Source of the DNA: a virus
Taxonomy: Duplodnaviria > Caudoviricetes
Length of the DNA: 64,000 nucleotides
Virus record (IMG/VR): IMGVR_UViG_3300032053_000004
Location: 128,001 to 192,000 of that record
Reading direction: 5' to 3' (one strand)
Shown: piece by piece, positions 37,632-47,006 of the stretch
How positions within the stretch are numbered: position 1 is the first letter of the stretch
Layout of the letters: every line of letters starts with the position of its first letter
Position numbers and translations under genes: made by a program
The notes under the pieces: model-generated
The model's input: the letters and a program-made list of their open reading frames with translations, nothing else
What the model was told of the DNA's origin: nothing
Database searches by the model: none

Positions 37632-38216
37632 ATGGCGACGATTCAGATCGATCAGGAAGCTATAGCTTCCAATTCTCAATACTCTTTAGTTCTGTCTGTG
37701 AGTGGACTTAACGTTTCAATATCTTCTTTTTCATATATTTTAAATGGAACGAATAGTACGTACGCTGGAATCGCATCTGTTGCTTTAACTGATAACGTAA
37801 CAAATTACATATCAATAGATTCTGGTGGGTTATTGCAGATTAGCACTGTAGAATATCCGACATATGATCAAAATATTTTCATAGCAAGAGTTACTACGGG
37901 CGGCGGTGTGGTAGGCAATATAATTGCTGATAGAGTAACATTTTCACCATATGTGAAGGAAATTGAAATCGACTTTGGAACCATCCCAAAACCAGATGCT
38001 TTATTTACAATAACAGACGATATTTCAACCACTTCAGCAAAAATCATCCCGACTTTGAGTGGGAAAACTGCTACTGGAAGAGCGGACGGTGATTCTCAAT
38101 GGGACCATATACAATTTACTGCTAATCCTGGAAATGGAAGTTTTATTTTATACGCTATTTGCACAACTGGATCTGTCGCTGGAAAACGTGTAGTTCAATA
38201 TACCATAAGTAGATAA
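37632..38216 (+). CDS. Beta-rich virion structural protein
   Basis: S/T/I/V-rich beta pattern; first gene of the second fibre cluster. Confidence 0.55.
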   Translation: MATIQIDQEAIASNSQYSLVLSVSGLNVSISSFSYILNGTNSTYAGIASVALTDNVTNYISIDSGGLLQISTVEYPTYDQNIFIARVTTGGGVVGNIIADRVTFSPYVKEIEIDFGTIPKPDALFTITDDISTTSAKIIPTLSGKTATGRADGDSQWDHIQFTANPGNGSFILYAICTTGSVAGKRVVQYTISR

Positions 38217-38226
38217 GGAAAAGAAC

Positions 38227-39687
38227 ATGGCTGTTATTGAAACTGGTAATGATCAAGTCGGGAAAGTTAACGTAAATAGTAATTTCCAGCTTGAAGTTCA
38301 TCAACCGAGTACGGAATCTCAAGCTGGATTTGGTCTAGTCACTACTAGTCTTGATACCGGAGCCATGACCGGTACTCGATATAATATTTCTCCTGAAGCT
38401 GACACTGATCATAGGCTTCGTGTTGGTCAAGATCAGCTTCTTGATGTTGAATTATTTAACTATGCAGCACAAAATACCGGTAAGCATTTCTTCGCATTCA
38501 CAACTCTTACTGCTACAGTCAGTGCTAACGGTTTACTTTTAAATTCCGGCGCTATTACGACCGCATCAACAGGATGCACGTTCGGTACACAAGCGCAGTT
38601 TTTATTCGTTGGAACAGCCCCATTATTCTGTGAAATGAGCGTTTCATTTAACGCACAGCCTGTATCAAACGTCACTTTCGATTTTGGACTATTTCAACGT
38701 GGTGCCGCAAACCCATTCGCTCCACTTGATGGTGTTTATTTTCGTTTAGACAGCGGAGGACTTCAAGGAATTGTCAACAATAACGGAATAGAAACTACGA
38801 CTTCCGTTTTTCCTCTTTCTGGAGGAACGGGAACATTTGTTTATGCCAATGATTCCGTTAATCGTTATTCAATACAAATTTCAAATATGATCACTACTTT
38901 TTGGATCAACGATGTTTTAGCTGGCTCTATTATAAATCCTGTTGCTCAATCGCAACCGTTCCGTTCCGCAGCCGTTCCGTTCTCAGTTCGATATGCTATT
39001 TCTGCTGGTGGAGCTGGAGCTGGTCTTCAAGCAAGACTTTGGGATTATCGGGTTGGTTTCCGTGGTCCGGCTGTTGCGGAAAATTTGGGCGCGGTGGGTA
39101 ACCGTGTTTTTGGTTCTTATCAAGGTTTATCTGGAAATACTGTAGGTACACTTGGTCAGTACACAAACAACACAAACCCAGCAGCTGCAGTCCCAACCAA
39201 TACTACGGCTGCTCTTGGAGCCGGTCTTGGCGGGAACTTCTTGGAGACGTTTTCTCTTGCACTAACTGTTGATGGGATCATCAGTTCATTTCAGGTTCCA
39301 GCTGGAAGCACAACCGTCCAAGGTCGAAGACTCCGTGTTCACGGGGTTCGTATCAAGTCATTCGTTTCAACAGTTTTAGCGGGTGGTCCATCAAATGCCA
39401 TATGGACTTTGAATTTTGGTCATACAGCAGTTTCTTTGGCTACAGCAGAAAGTGCAAGCTTTGCAACTGGTACTACAAAAGCGCCAAGGCGTATTGCAAT
39501 TGGTGTCCAGTCCATAGTCGCAAATCAAGCTGTAAATACTACAATGGAAACTATTGATGCGAATTTCATTGAGCCTATTTATGTGAATCCTGGTGAATTT
39601 ATTGCGACAGCCAAAAAATATGTTGGGACTGTTGGAACAAGCGGAGTCATCACGCACGTTATTCATTTCGATTTTGGATGGGAGTGA
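38227..39687 (+). CDS. Probable fibre/receptor-binding protein with lectin-like beta-sandwich
   Basis: G/T/A/V-rich; FDFGL...DGVYFRL..GIVNNNG.ETT..N.Y.I...FWIND.LAG pattern resembles ConA-like folds. Followed by the same small partner gene as the first fibre cluster. Confidence 0.55.
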   Translation: MAVIETGNDQVGKVNVNSNFQLEVHQPSTESQAGFGLVTTSLDTGAMTGTRYNISPEADTDHRLRVGQDQLLDVELFNYAAQNTGKHFFAFTTLTATVSANGLLLNSGAITTASTGCTFGTQAQFLFVGTAPLFCEMSVSFNAQPVSNVTFDFGLFQRGAANPFAPLDGVYFRLDSGGLQGIVNNNGIETTTSVFPLSGGTGTFVYANDSVNRYSIQISNMITTFWINDVLAGSIINPVAQSQPFRSAAVPFSVRYAISAGGAGAGLQARLWDYRVGFRGPAVAENLGAVGNRVFGSYQGLSGNTVGTLGQYTNNTNPAAAVPTNTTAALGAGLGGNFLETFSLALTVDGIISSFQVPAGSTTVQGRRLRVHGVRIKSFVSTVLAGGPSNAIWTLNFGHTAVSLATAESASFATGTTKAPRRIAIGVQSIVANQAVNTTMETIDANFIEPIYVNPGEFIATAKKYVGTVGTSGVITHVIHFDFGWE

Positions 39688-39690
39688 ATA

Positions 39691-40071
39691 ATGCCATATG
39701 TTATCACGACACCTGAGACTAAAAGTATTACTCAAACGCTTCGCATAAATAATGCTTGGGTTGATGTTACATCAACTCGAACTATTGATCATGTAACTAT
39801 TGATAATGTTATTTTAACTATGCCACTCAACAATCCGACTGGTATTTCAATAGAAGTTTCTTGGTCAATTGGATATATGGAGAGTTCTGTGTTTTTCCCT
39901 GTAGAACAAAAACAAACAAAAATTGATTCATCTACAGGCGGTTCCAATGCATTATTCAGTGCAATGATGTCAAAAGTAACTTCCGATATTTCACACTATG
40001 CCGATTTTAAGAATGCTCTTTATGGATTACTTGATACATTAGATATGATCCCAAATGGAACGGTTATATGA
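39691..40071 (+). CDS. Small fibre-associated protein, paralog of 5169..5546
   Basis: Colinear similarity over the full length (see 5169..5546). Confidence 0.75.
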   Translation: MPYVITTPETKSITQTLRINNAWVDVTSTRTIDHVTIDNVILTMPLNNPTGISIEVSWSIGYMESSVFFPVEQKQTKIDSSTGGSNALFSAMMSKVTSDISHYADFKNALYGLLDTLDMIPNGTVI

Positions 40072-40310
40072 ATAGGATAGCTTTTAGAATAGCATCCTTA
40101 GATGTTTCTGTTGAAATAAACGGCGATAATATATCATTAACTAGAAGTGACGGAAAAATCATAAAGGGAACTTACGTAGAGCAAGACGATGAGGCGACGT
40201 TACAGGAGAATACTACGGAATTGGCTCCGGATCAGGCTTTATGGATCCTGGAACAAGCTTCGAATTTTGGTCCCACTACTACCTGGGATGAATTAATATC
40301 TATTCTCTAA
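40068..40310 (+). CDS. Small protein with N-terminal IAxRIA motif
   Basis: MNRIAFRIAS start; acidic body; ATGA overlap with the upstream gene. Confidence 0.65.
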   Translation: MNRIAFRIASLDVSVEINGDNISLTRSDGKIIKGTYVEQDDEATLQENTTELAPDQALWILEQASNFGPTTTWDELISIL

Positions 40311-42056
40311 TACCCAACGTTTTTTCCCCAAATCCCAAATTCTAATAAATCCCTGAGCTTCTCTGAGCTGATACTCAGTTAAATTTGTTTCTTTTTCTAG
40401 TTTCTTTTTTCTTAAACCGGATTTATGAAACCTCTTATTTTCTTTTATCCAATAATAATCAGGAGGGATTTCCCCGTCATGTTTAAACCCTATTTTTGAA
40501 TAAACGTTACCTTCAAAAAGACGATTATCAGAAAAAGAAACTATAGACTTAGGAGAGTACTCTGAAATAAATTGTTTCAAAATTTTAGACCAGATCCCAT
40601 GAACTCTATATTCAGGATCTGCAACCATACGGACCAGTTCCCAATCATGGGAAGACTGTCTTGTCGGGTGTTTAAATGAAGAACATGAAATTAATTTGTT
40701 TTCAAAGAAAACTCCATAACTTATCCTAGGTTTGCAAGCTCCTATATAATGATTTGTGTTGTAGAACTCATCAGCTTCTTTAAAGTTTATTAATTTTATT
40801 TCACATTGTTTTGGTCTTAAATTAAAACTTGGTTTTTTAAAATTTATTTTATTCAATATTAAACTAATAACAAAATCCTTTTTATTTTTCCATTCATCTT
40901 CAAAAATTGCTAGATACTGAAAATTCGAAGAAATTGCTGATTTGTATTTTATTAAGTCTCGTTTTCTTGAATGAGTTAAACTATGATATTTAAAACCATA
41001 AAATTCAATTAATAAATTTGAGTCTGGTAAATAAATATCATATACACAACCGTTTATTTTATGATTTAAAGAAATATTCATCCCAAGTGATTTTAAAGAT
41101 TCAAGTACTTCTTGCTGTCCGACTTCTTGCTGTCCTAAATGGTTTTTTTTCAAAAATGTTCTTATTCTATGACAATTAACACAAACAAGTTCACATTTAG
41201 AAGTTTCTTCTAAAACTTTCTCCACACTTCCATTATGAAGAATATTTATATTCCCAATTTTCTCCCCTTTTATATGATCGAAATCAAGCGTCCAATACCT
41301 AAAAACGTGTTTACAATCTGCACATTTCTGGTTATCTTTAATTGATATTATGTTTTTTCGAGCAAGCCTCTTATCAGTTCTTTTTTGGTTGGCTTCGTGG
41401 TTTACTTTTCTCATACATTTTTTACAGTATGAATGGGTTTTTCTTGTTTTCAACAATGTGAAATTTTCAGTATTTTTTAAAATTTCACATTTCATACATT
41501 TTTTTGTTTCACATCCTTCTGTTATTCCTATGTCCATTATTTTTGGGAAAAAATTTCTATTTTTTAAGGTTGGAATCGTATGTTCGTTATCATGAGTTTC
41601 ATTTCTATGACAATTTGCACACAAAAGGATACATTTTTTTATTTCTGCATCAACTTTTTCTTGTTTTTTACCATAAAGTTTTGATATCGATGAGATTTTT
41701 TCTTCAATATGATGGAAATCAAGAACATGTGGAGGATAGGGTATCATACAAAATGAACAAGATTTATTTTCTTTGAAAGATTTTATATACTCAGCGGATC
41801 TTTTAAAATATTTTTTTCTTATATTTTTTTCTATTTCTGGATTTTCATTCCTCCAAGATTTTATTTTTTTACCATGGCAAATTTTACATATATTTTTAAA
41901 ATTGCGATTCGATATGAATCTAGATAGTGGTTTTTGATTTTTACATTTTTTACAAATGTTTATTATTGTTTGATTCTTTAAATAATACTCTTCATATTCT
42001 TTATCTAGAATTAAGTTCTTTTCTTTTCTTCTCTTTTTTTCTTCTTCATTCCTCAT
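40293..42056 (-). CDS. Hef-like free-standing endonuclease: two HNH-type Zn domains + Vsr/PD-(D/E)xK-like domain + GNAT(Mom)-like C-terminus
   Basis: LDFHH...LLCANCHR and LDFDH...LVCVNCHR; YDIYLP...LIEFYG..YHS; WELVRM...YRVHGIWSKILK. Confidence 0.78.
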   Translation of the reverse strand: MRNEEEKKRRKEKNLILDKEYEEYYLKNQTIINICKKCKNQKPLSRFISNRNFKNICKICHGKKIKSWRNENPEIEKNIRKKYFKRSAEYIKSFKENKSCSFCMIPYPPHVLDFHHIEEKISSISKLYGKKQEKVDAEIKKCILLCANCHRNETHDNEHTIPTLKNRNFFPKIMDIGITEGCETKKCMKCEILKNTENFTLLKTRKTHSYCKKCMRKVNHEANQKRTDKRLARKNIISIKDNQKCADCKHVFRYWTLDFDHIKGEKIGNINILHNGSVEKVLEETSKCELVCVNCHRIRTFLKKNHLGQQEVGQQEVLESLKSLGMNISLNHKINGCVYDIYLPDSNLLIEFYGFKYHSLTHSRKRDLIKYKSAISSNFQYLAIFEDEWKNKKDFVISLILNKINFKKPSFNLRPKQCEIKLINFKEADEFYNTNHYIGACKPRISYGVFFENKLISCSSFKHPTRQSSHDWELVRMVADPEYRVHGIWSKILKQFISEYSPKSIVSFSDNRLFEGNVYSKIGFKHDGEIPPDYYWIKENKRFHKSGLRKKKLEKETNLTEYQLREAQGFIRIWDLGKKRWVLENRY

Positions 42057-42090
42057 CCTAATATAATGATTATATCATATCCTAATACCT

Positions 42091-42165
42091 TAAACAATCA
42101 TGACAAAACAAAACAATTTTAATTTATAATTAGTTAAAATTGTTTTGTTTTGTCATGATTGTTTA
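42091..42165. repeat. 32-bp perfect inverted repeat, 11-nt spacer
   Basis: TAAACAATCATGACAAAACAAAACAATTTTAA (42091-42122) and its reverse complement (42134-42165). Confidence 0.95.
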
Positions 42166-42175
42166 TATGACAAGG

Positions 42176-42227
42176 ATTAATGAACTCACGAAATGGCTTC
42201 GGAGAGCCATTTCGTGAGTTCATTAAT
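42176..42227. repeat. 23-bp perfect inverted repeat, 6-nt loop, 29 nt before the tube gene
   Basis: ATTAATGAACTCACGAAATGGCT / AGCCATTTCGTGAGTTCATTAAT. Confidence 0.95.
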
Positions 42228-42256
42228 TGAATTTTTATTGTCTTATTTAAGTTAAG

Positions 42257-42961
42257 ATGGCAAGAGATACAGCGGAAAGCTACATCTATCGCAGAGGCTC
42301 TAGCCCAAATACGCGCGTTGCGATAAGTCAAAAAAACCGAGTATATTCTAGACCGTATACTAATGGTTCTCCGACTGATAAACAAATCGGAGTTCTTTCT
42401 ACATTTGATTACAGTGAATCTCGGGCAATAGATCCAGTCAGAGGTGTCGGGTTCGGAGACAAGATTCAAGAACTTGTCCCAGGCGTGACTGAGCCTATGT
42501 CTATTACTCTGAACCGGACTTTGCTCTATACTGCCAGTATCGTGCAAGAACTCGGCTATCGGGGAGGAGTTGACGGTTTAGTTCGTTCACTTCGCCAGCA
42601 CAAATGGCCTTTCGATCTTCGTTCCGAGCTTGTTTTCAGTGAGCTCGTGACCAACAAAGATATTGGTGCCATTTCTCCTGGTGTTCAGGGTAAAGGCGTT
42701 ACGGTTGTTGATAACGTCAATCTAGCCCTAATCACATTCTTCGAAGCTTGCTGGCTTGAGAGTTATAGCGTGAGTTTCCCGTCAGACTCGGCTATAGTTA
42801 TGGAAGACGCAGCCGGTAAGTGTACAGACGTCACTGATGGCGCTAGCACATATGCTCAGCCTGGATCTGCTGGAAGCCCTGACGAATACGGTGACCTCCT
42901 TGAGGCTGGTAACAACCCCATCACCAAGCCCGGGTCAGGCTCTAGGCTTTTTGGTGGATAG
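42257..42961 (+). CDS. Tail tube protein
   Basis: QIGVLSTF..SESR.I..VRGVG...IQELVPG...ITL.RT.LY and FEACWLESYSV pattern of myovirus tube proteins. Lies upstream of the chaperones and tape measure. Confidence 0.85.
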   Translation: MARDTAESYIYRRGSSPNTRVAISQKNRVYSRPYTNGSPTDKQIGVLSTFDYSESRAIDPVRGVGFGDKIQELVPGVTEPMSITLNRTLLYTASIVQELGYRGGVDGLVRSLRQHKWPFDLRSELVFSELVTNKDIGAISPGVQGKGVTVVDNVNLALITFFEACWLESYSVSFPSDSAIVMEDAAGKCTDVTDGASTYAQPGSAGSPDEYGDLLEAGNNPITKPGSGSRLFGG

Positions 42962-42987
42962 TCAGACAATCTAGAAAATTTTTGAGC

Positions 42988-43030
42988 TTTTCGGGAGCTA
43001 CCAAACGTTTGGTAGCTCCCGAAAATGTTT
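42988..43030 (+). terminator. 38-bp perfect palindrome after the tube gene (terminator)
   Basis: TTTTCGGGAGCTACCAAACGTTTGGTAGCTCCCGAAAA (42988-43025), followed by TGTTTTT. Confidence 0.8.
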
Positions 43031-43085
43031 TTGGAGTGTACTGTTCTACAAGAAGACTTAAGTTTTTATTCTTTTTGCGTTTTTG

Positions 43086-44873
43086 ATGACAATTATATCT
43101 TCAGATCATTGGAAAAATACCATATATGGGAGACTTCATATGAAGTCTCCCATATATGTTGAAGAATTTTCTCATAAAAAAGTTGTTTGGATCTGTAGTT
43201 GTGGAAATGAATCAAAAATTGGAGTTTATAGTGTTACAACTGGAAACACTAAAACATGTGGAAAATGTGATGTTTTAAGTGCTGATGAATTAAGAAAAAT
43301 TAAGTATGGAAAACTTTCCATTGAGTTTCCTTTAGATACTCAAAGAGGTTCTGGTTCTAAAGTATCTTGGATTTGTGATTGTGGAAAAAAGAAATTCATT
43401 AAATTCTATGATGTTATCAGAGGTCATGTTAAAACCTGTGGAAGTTGTAATAAATTAACAAATAAAGACTTTGAGGGAATTAAGTATGGAAAATTGATTA
43501 TGATTAAACCTGGTGATTTTCATCCTGGGTCAAATAAGATAGTCGAATGGGCGTGTGATTGTGGAAAAGTAGCTCTTAAATCAGTTAAAACAGTTACGTC
43601 AGGAAACACAAAATCCTGTGGCTCATGCAGTGTTCTTTTTTCTAACTATTGGGAGAAAGCCGAATTTGGTTATTTAAGAATGAAAACTCCAATTAATATT
43701 TCTCCTGGATCAAATAAAAAAGTTGAATGGGCGTGTAAATGTGGAGGAGTTACAACTTCTGATGTTTATTCAGTTACAAATGGAAAAATTGTTCGATGCA
43801 ATTTTTGTCGTTCTCGAGCAACAGACTGGTATGAAGAAAATAAAGAAAACCTTCGTTCTCTCAAAACCCCGATTCAAATATATACAGTCCCTTTAGGGTG
43901 GATAACCCCATTAGAATTAATATATGGATATGATAAGCCTTTTCAAGCTTTATGTGGAGCTTGTAATTCAGTATATTTTCCGATTTGGGGTAATATAGTT
44001 AAAGGGTCATCTTTAACTTGCGGATGTGTTTCTAATCATATAAGTTCAGCGCAAAGAAATATCGCTAAATTTTTGGAATCTCTTAATCTTTGTGTATCTT
44101 TAGAATTTAAAATTAGCGCCTTAAAGTATGATATTTTTGTCCCGTCTAAAAATTTTTTGATTGAGTATAATGGTCTTAAATGGCATAGTAACCCTGAATC
44201 TAAACGTCGTGATTTAGAAAAATATGAATTAGCAATATCTAAAAGATATGAGTTTGTTTCAATATTTGAAGATGAATGGTTACTCAATAAATCTAAAGTT
44301 GAAAATTTGCTCAAAAATAAATTAATTAAAACTAATTCAAAGAAACTTCGTCCTTCTCAGTGTGAAATTCGAAAGATTGGTTCAGAAGTTAATGGATTTT
44401 ATGAAAAATATCATTATATTGGTAAGTGTAAAGCAAAAATTCACTATGGGGTTTATTTTGAGAATGAATTAGTGTCAGCTATCTCTTTTGGGATACCAAC
44501 CCGCCAAACTTCAAAATACCCTTGGGAACTCATTAGAATGGCTTCAAATCCTGAGTATAGGATTCATGGCATATGGTCAAAACTGTTGAAACAATTTATT
44601 TCTGAGTATTCCCCGAAATCAATAGTAAGTTTTTCAGATAATAGATTATTTTCCGGGAAAGTTTATGAAAAAATAGGATTTAAATATGATGGAAATCTTT
44701 CTCAAGATTATTATTGGGTAAAAAATGGCAAAAGATTTCATAAATCAGGACTTAGGAAAAAAGGAAAAGAAAAAATTTCAGGATTCACTGAGTACCAACT
44801 TCGAGAAGCCCAAGGATATTCTAGAATTTGGGATCTCGGGAAGAAACGTTGGGTCCTTGATCTGGTAGTGTAA
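43086..44873 (+). CDS. Hef-like free-standing endonuclease: W-x-C-x-CG repeats + Vsr-like domain + GNAT(Mom)-like C-terminus
   Basis: Four W.C.CG...V..G..K.CG.C repeats; YDIFVP...LIEYNG.KWHS; C-terminal ~180 aa closely similar to 40293..42056. Confidence 0.78.
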   Translation: MTIISSDHWKNTIYGRLHMKSPIYVEEFSHKKVVWICSCGNESKIGVYSVTTGNTKTCGKCDVLSADELRKIKYGKLSIEFPLDTQRGSGSKVSWICDCGKKKFIKFYDVIRGHVKTCGSCNKLTNKDFEGIKYGKLIMIKPGDFHPGSNKIVEWACDCGKVALKSVKTVTSGNTKSCGSCSVLFSNYWEKAEFGYLRMKTPINISPGSNKKVEWACKCGGVTTSDVYSVTNGKIVRCNFCRSRATDWYEENKENLRSLKTPIQIYTVPLGWITPLELIYGYDKPFQALCGACNSVYFPIWGNIVKGSSLTCGCVSNHISSAQRNIAKFLESLNLCVSLEFKISALKYDIFVPSKNFLIEYNGLKWHSNPESKRRDLEKYELAISKRYEFVSIFEDEWLLNKSKVENLLKNKLIKTNSKKLRPSQCEIRKIGSEVNGFYEKYHYIGKCKAKIHYGVYFENELVSAISFGIPTRQTSKYPWELIRMASNPEYRIHGIWSKLLKQFISEYSPKSIVSFSDNRLFSGKVYEKIGFKYDGNLSQDYYWVKNGKRFHKSGLRKKGKEKISGFTEYQLREAQGYSRIWDLGKKRWVLDLVV

Positions 44874-44876
44874 TTC

Positions 44877-45815
44877 ATGGATTCAGATATATTACAAGAA
44901 CTCGACGCAAAACTTTCAAATATTGGTCATGACCAAATTTGGAAAAGATCCATAGGTGGAAGAATCATATGGTTTATTTCTCCTTCTCAAACTGAAAATA
45001 TGCGTATAAATGAGATCATGTCTGATGAAACTTTAGGTATACATGTTCTCTCGGAAGTTAAAAGAGTTACTTTAGCTTTCGCAATAGTTGGAATTGATGA
45101 TATTGATTTAAGAGAATACAAGGTTTTCGGTCCAATTTATGATTCGAAAACTGATAAATCAATTAAAGTAACTAAAGATAAATATTTATATATAAAAATG
45201 GGGGCTTGGGGTGCTCAATTCATGGATGACGCTTTCCGGGTGTTTTCTGACGTCATGTCATCATATGAAAAAGAAAATCTTAAAGAAGTTAAATTTGAAA
45301 ACTCTAAAGATCCTCGAGAAGAGCTGATTGAGCTTGAAAGTCGAACAACCGAAATTCGATTGCAACTAGGTATGGCACCTTTAGTTGAGGCTAAAGAACT
45401 AACTGTTTCTCCTGAAGAAATAGAGGAGGCGGAAGAGAAAGAACAAGAGGAAGCCTCAAGGGAGCAGGAGAAGGTTGAATCTGCCTCTCCCCCGTTCGAC
45501 CCGTTTAAGACCGTCCGAAGGCCCGTTTCGGCCCGAGAAGAGGTTGCTCCAGAACCTGTTTTCGTCCAGCCATCTAGAACCCAATCAGTTCCATCTAATA
45601 TAAATCCTAGTATACTCCAGAGAGCTTCAGAATTTGCAGAAATAGAAGGTCTCGGGAAAATCAATGTCCCAGCAGGGGTTATTCCTCACATAGCTAATCC
45701 CTCAAACATAAATGAAATATTGGACAAACCTTCTTCCATACCAAATACAGATCCAGTTATAATAGACCCTGTTAGATTCGCTAAAAATCCAAGATTCAAT
45801 CCACCGGGGATTTGA
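44877..45815 (+). CDS. Probable tail assembly chaperone
   Basis: Position between tube and tape measure genes; acidic, low-complexity C-terminus. Confidence 0.5.
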   Translation: MDSDILQELDAKLSNIGHDQIWKRSIGGRIIWFISPSQTENMRINEIMSDETLGIHVLSEVKRVTLAFAIVGIDDIDLREYKVFGPIYDSKTDKSIKVTKDKYLYIKMGAWGAQFMDDAFRVFSDVMSSYEKENLKEVKFENSKDPREELIELESRTTEIRLQLGMAPLVEAKELTVSPEEIEEAEEKEQEEASREQEKVESASPPFDPFKTVRRPVSAREEVAPEPVFVQPSRTQSVPSNINPSILQRASEFAEIEGLGKINVPAGVIPHIANPSNINEILDKPSSIPNTDPVIIDPVRFAKNPRFNPPGI

Positions 45816-45827
45816 AAGGAGGATTAG

Positions 45828-47006
45828 ATGGACGAAATGTCTGCTGAGGAAACCCCTCCGGCAGAAGAGTCGAATCATAAGATTCGGATAGAAGTACCAG
45901 AGGCCTTTAAGAAAGTAAATGAGGAAGTCTGGGAAGAGTTAGAAAACTATCTTTTTACTGGATTTTTATCTAGTTCAGCTTCAATTTTAAAAGAAACTTT
46001 CATATTTAAAACATTAAATCATACGGAAATTCGAAATATAGAATTCATGAAACCTTTCCGGAGTTCTGTTCCGGAGGCGAAAGACCGGTTTCGAACGGCT
46101 TTCATAGCTCACTCTGTTTTTATGATTGACGGGGAAAATTTTCTCCATGATCGTCCCCGTCATTTCAGAAAATTGATGAAACTTATTAGTAGAATACCTA
46201 CAAATCTTCAACAGAAAATAATTAATAATCTAGCTTCATTAAATTCTAAAGCTTCCAGACTTTATCCTTTAACTGAAGTTTATGTCCATGAAAATCGCTC
46301 TAGATTCAAATGGATGCAGTACTCGAATCTTGCAATAAATTCTCAATCAGTCACAGGCATACCTGGAACGGATGAAATAGGGATTAGTCATTGCCAATCC
46401 GCTTGGGTAGCGATGAATAAAATAATTGATCGTCGAGATCAAATTGAACGGGATTGGGGAAATGCTAAATTTATAGGTTCTTGCTTTGCTGGAAAAGGCG
46501 TCAGGAGCATAGACGAGCGGGATAAAACCCGTTTAGAGCGGGAAAGACAAGAACTCGACGATCTTAAAATAAAAGTCCTTTACAATTATTTAAATAAGAC
46601 AGAAGGACAAAAAGATGCCCCTCAAATCACAGTTCTTCCCGATGGACGTCGTGTTGTTGTTGAAAAACGTTTTCGGGCAGATTCTGTTGAAGATTTGGCA
46701 GATCAATTGTCCGCTGCTCTTTCCGGCGAAAAAGATCATCATGATTTAGTAGTTGAATCTCAACAAAGGAAAGTCCAAGAAAGATCCCAAGCTATCCATG
46801 ACTACCATAGGTCTTTGTATGCTCAAACCCCACAGTTTAGAGAACCTGGATCTAGAATTTTAGGTGGGAAATTGGAAGCTGATGCCTATTTGGCTAGGAT
46901 CCAAGCTCTTCGATTAGAAAGTATAGAAAAGGGTAGGAATATGATTCCAGCCATGGAGGGAAATAATGAAAGCTATGATGAGACCCAACAGGGTAAGGAA
47001 TCATAA
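45828..47006 (+). CDS. Probable second tail assembly chaperone
   Basis: Directly upstream of the tape measure gene; strong SD AAAGGAGG. Confidence 0.5.
   Translation: MDEMSAEETPPAEESNHKIRIEVPEAFKKVNEEVWEELENYLFTGFLSSSASILKETFIFKTLNHTEIRNIEFMKPFRSSVPEAKDRFRTAFIAHSVFMIDGENFLHDRPRHFRKLMKLISRIPTNLQQKIINNLASLNSKASRLYPLTEVYVHENRSRFKWMQYSNLAINSQSVTGIPGTDEIGISHCQSAWVAMNKIIDRRDQIERDWGNAKFIGSCFAGKGVRSIDERDKTRLERERQELDDLKIKVLYNYLNKTEGQKDAPQITVLPDGRRVVVEKRFRADSVEDLADQLSAALSGEKDHHDLVVESQQRKVQERSQAIHDYHRSLYAQTPQFREPGSRILGGKLEADAYLARIQALRLESIEKGRNMIPAMEGNNESYDETQQGKES

Noticed and set aside
40293-44873. Group I intron or intein-encoded endonucleases
   Set aside because: Both genes lie between intact ORFs; no interrupted host gene was found on either side.
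45780-45830. Programmed frameshift or readthrough joining the two chaperone genes
   Set aside because: The ORFs are in the same frame but separated by two stops (TGA, TAG); no slippery heptamer was seen, and the second gene has a strong SD.
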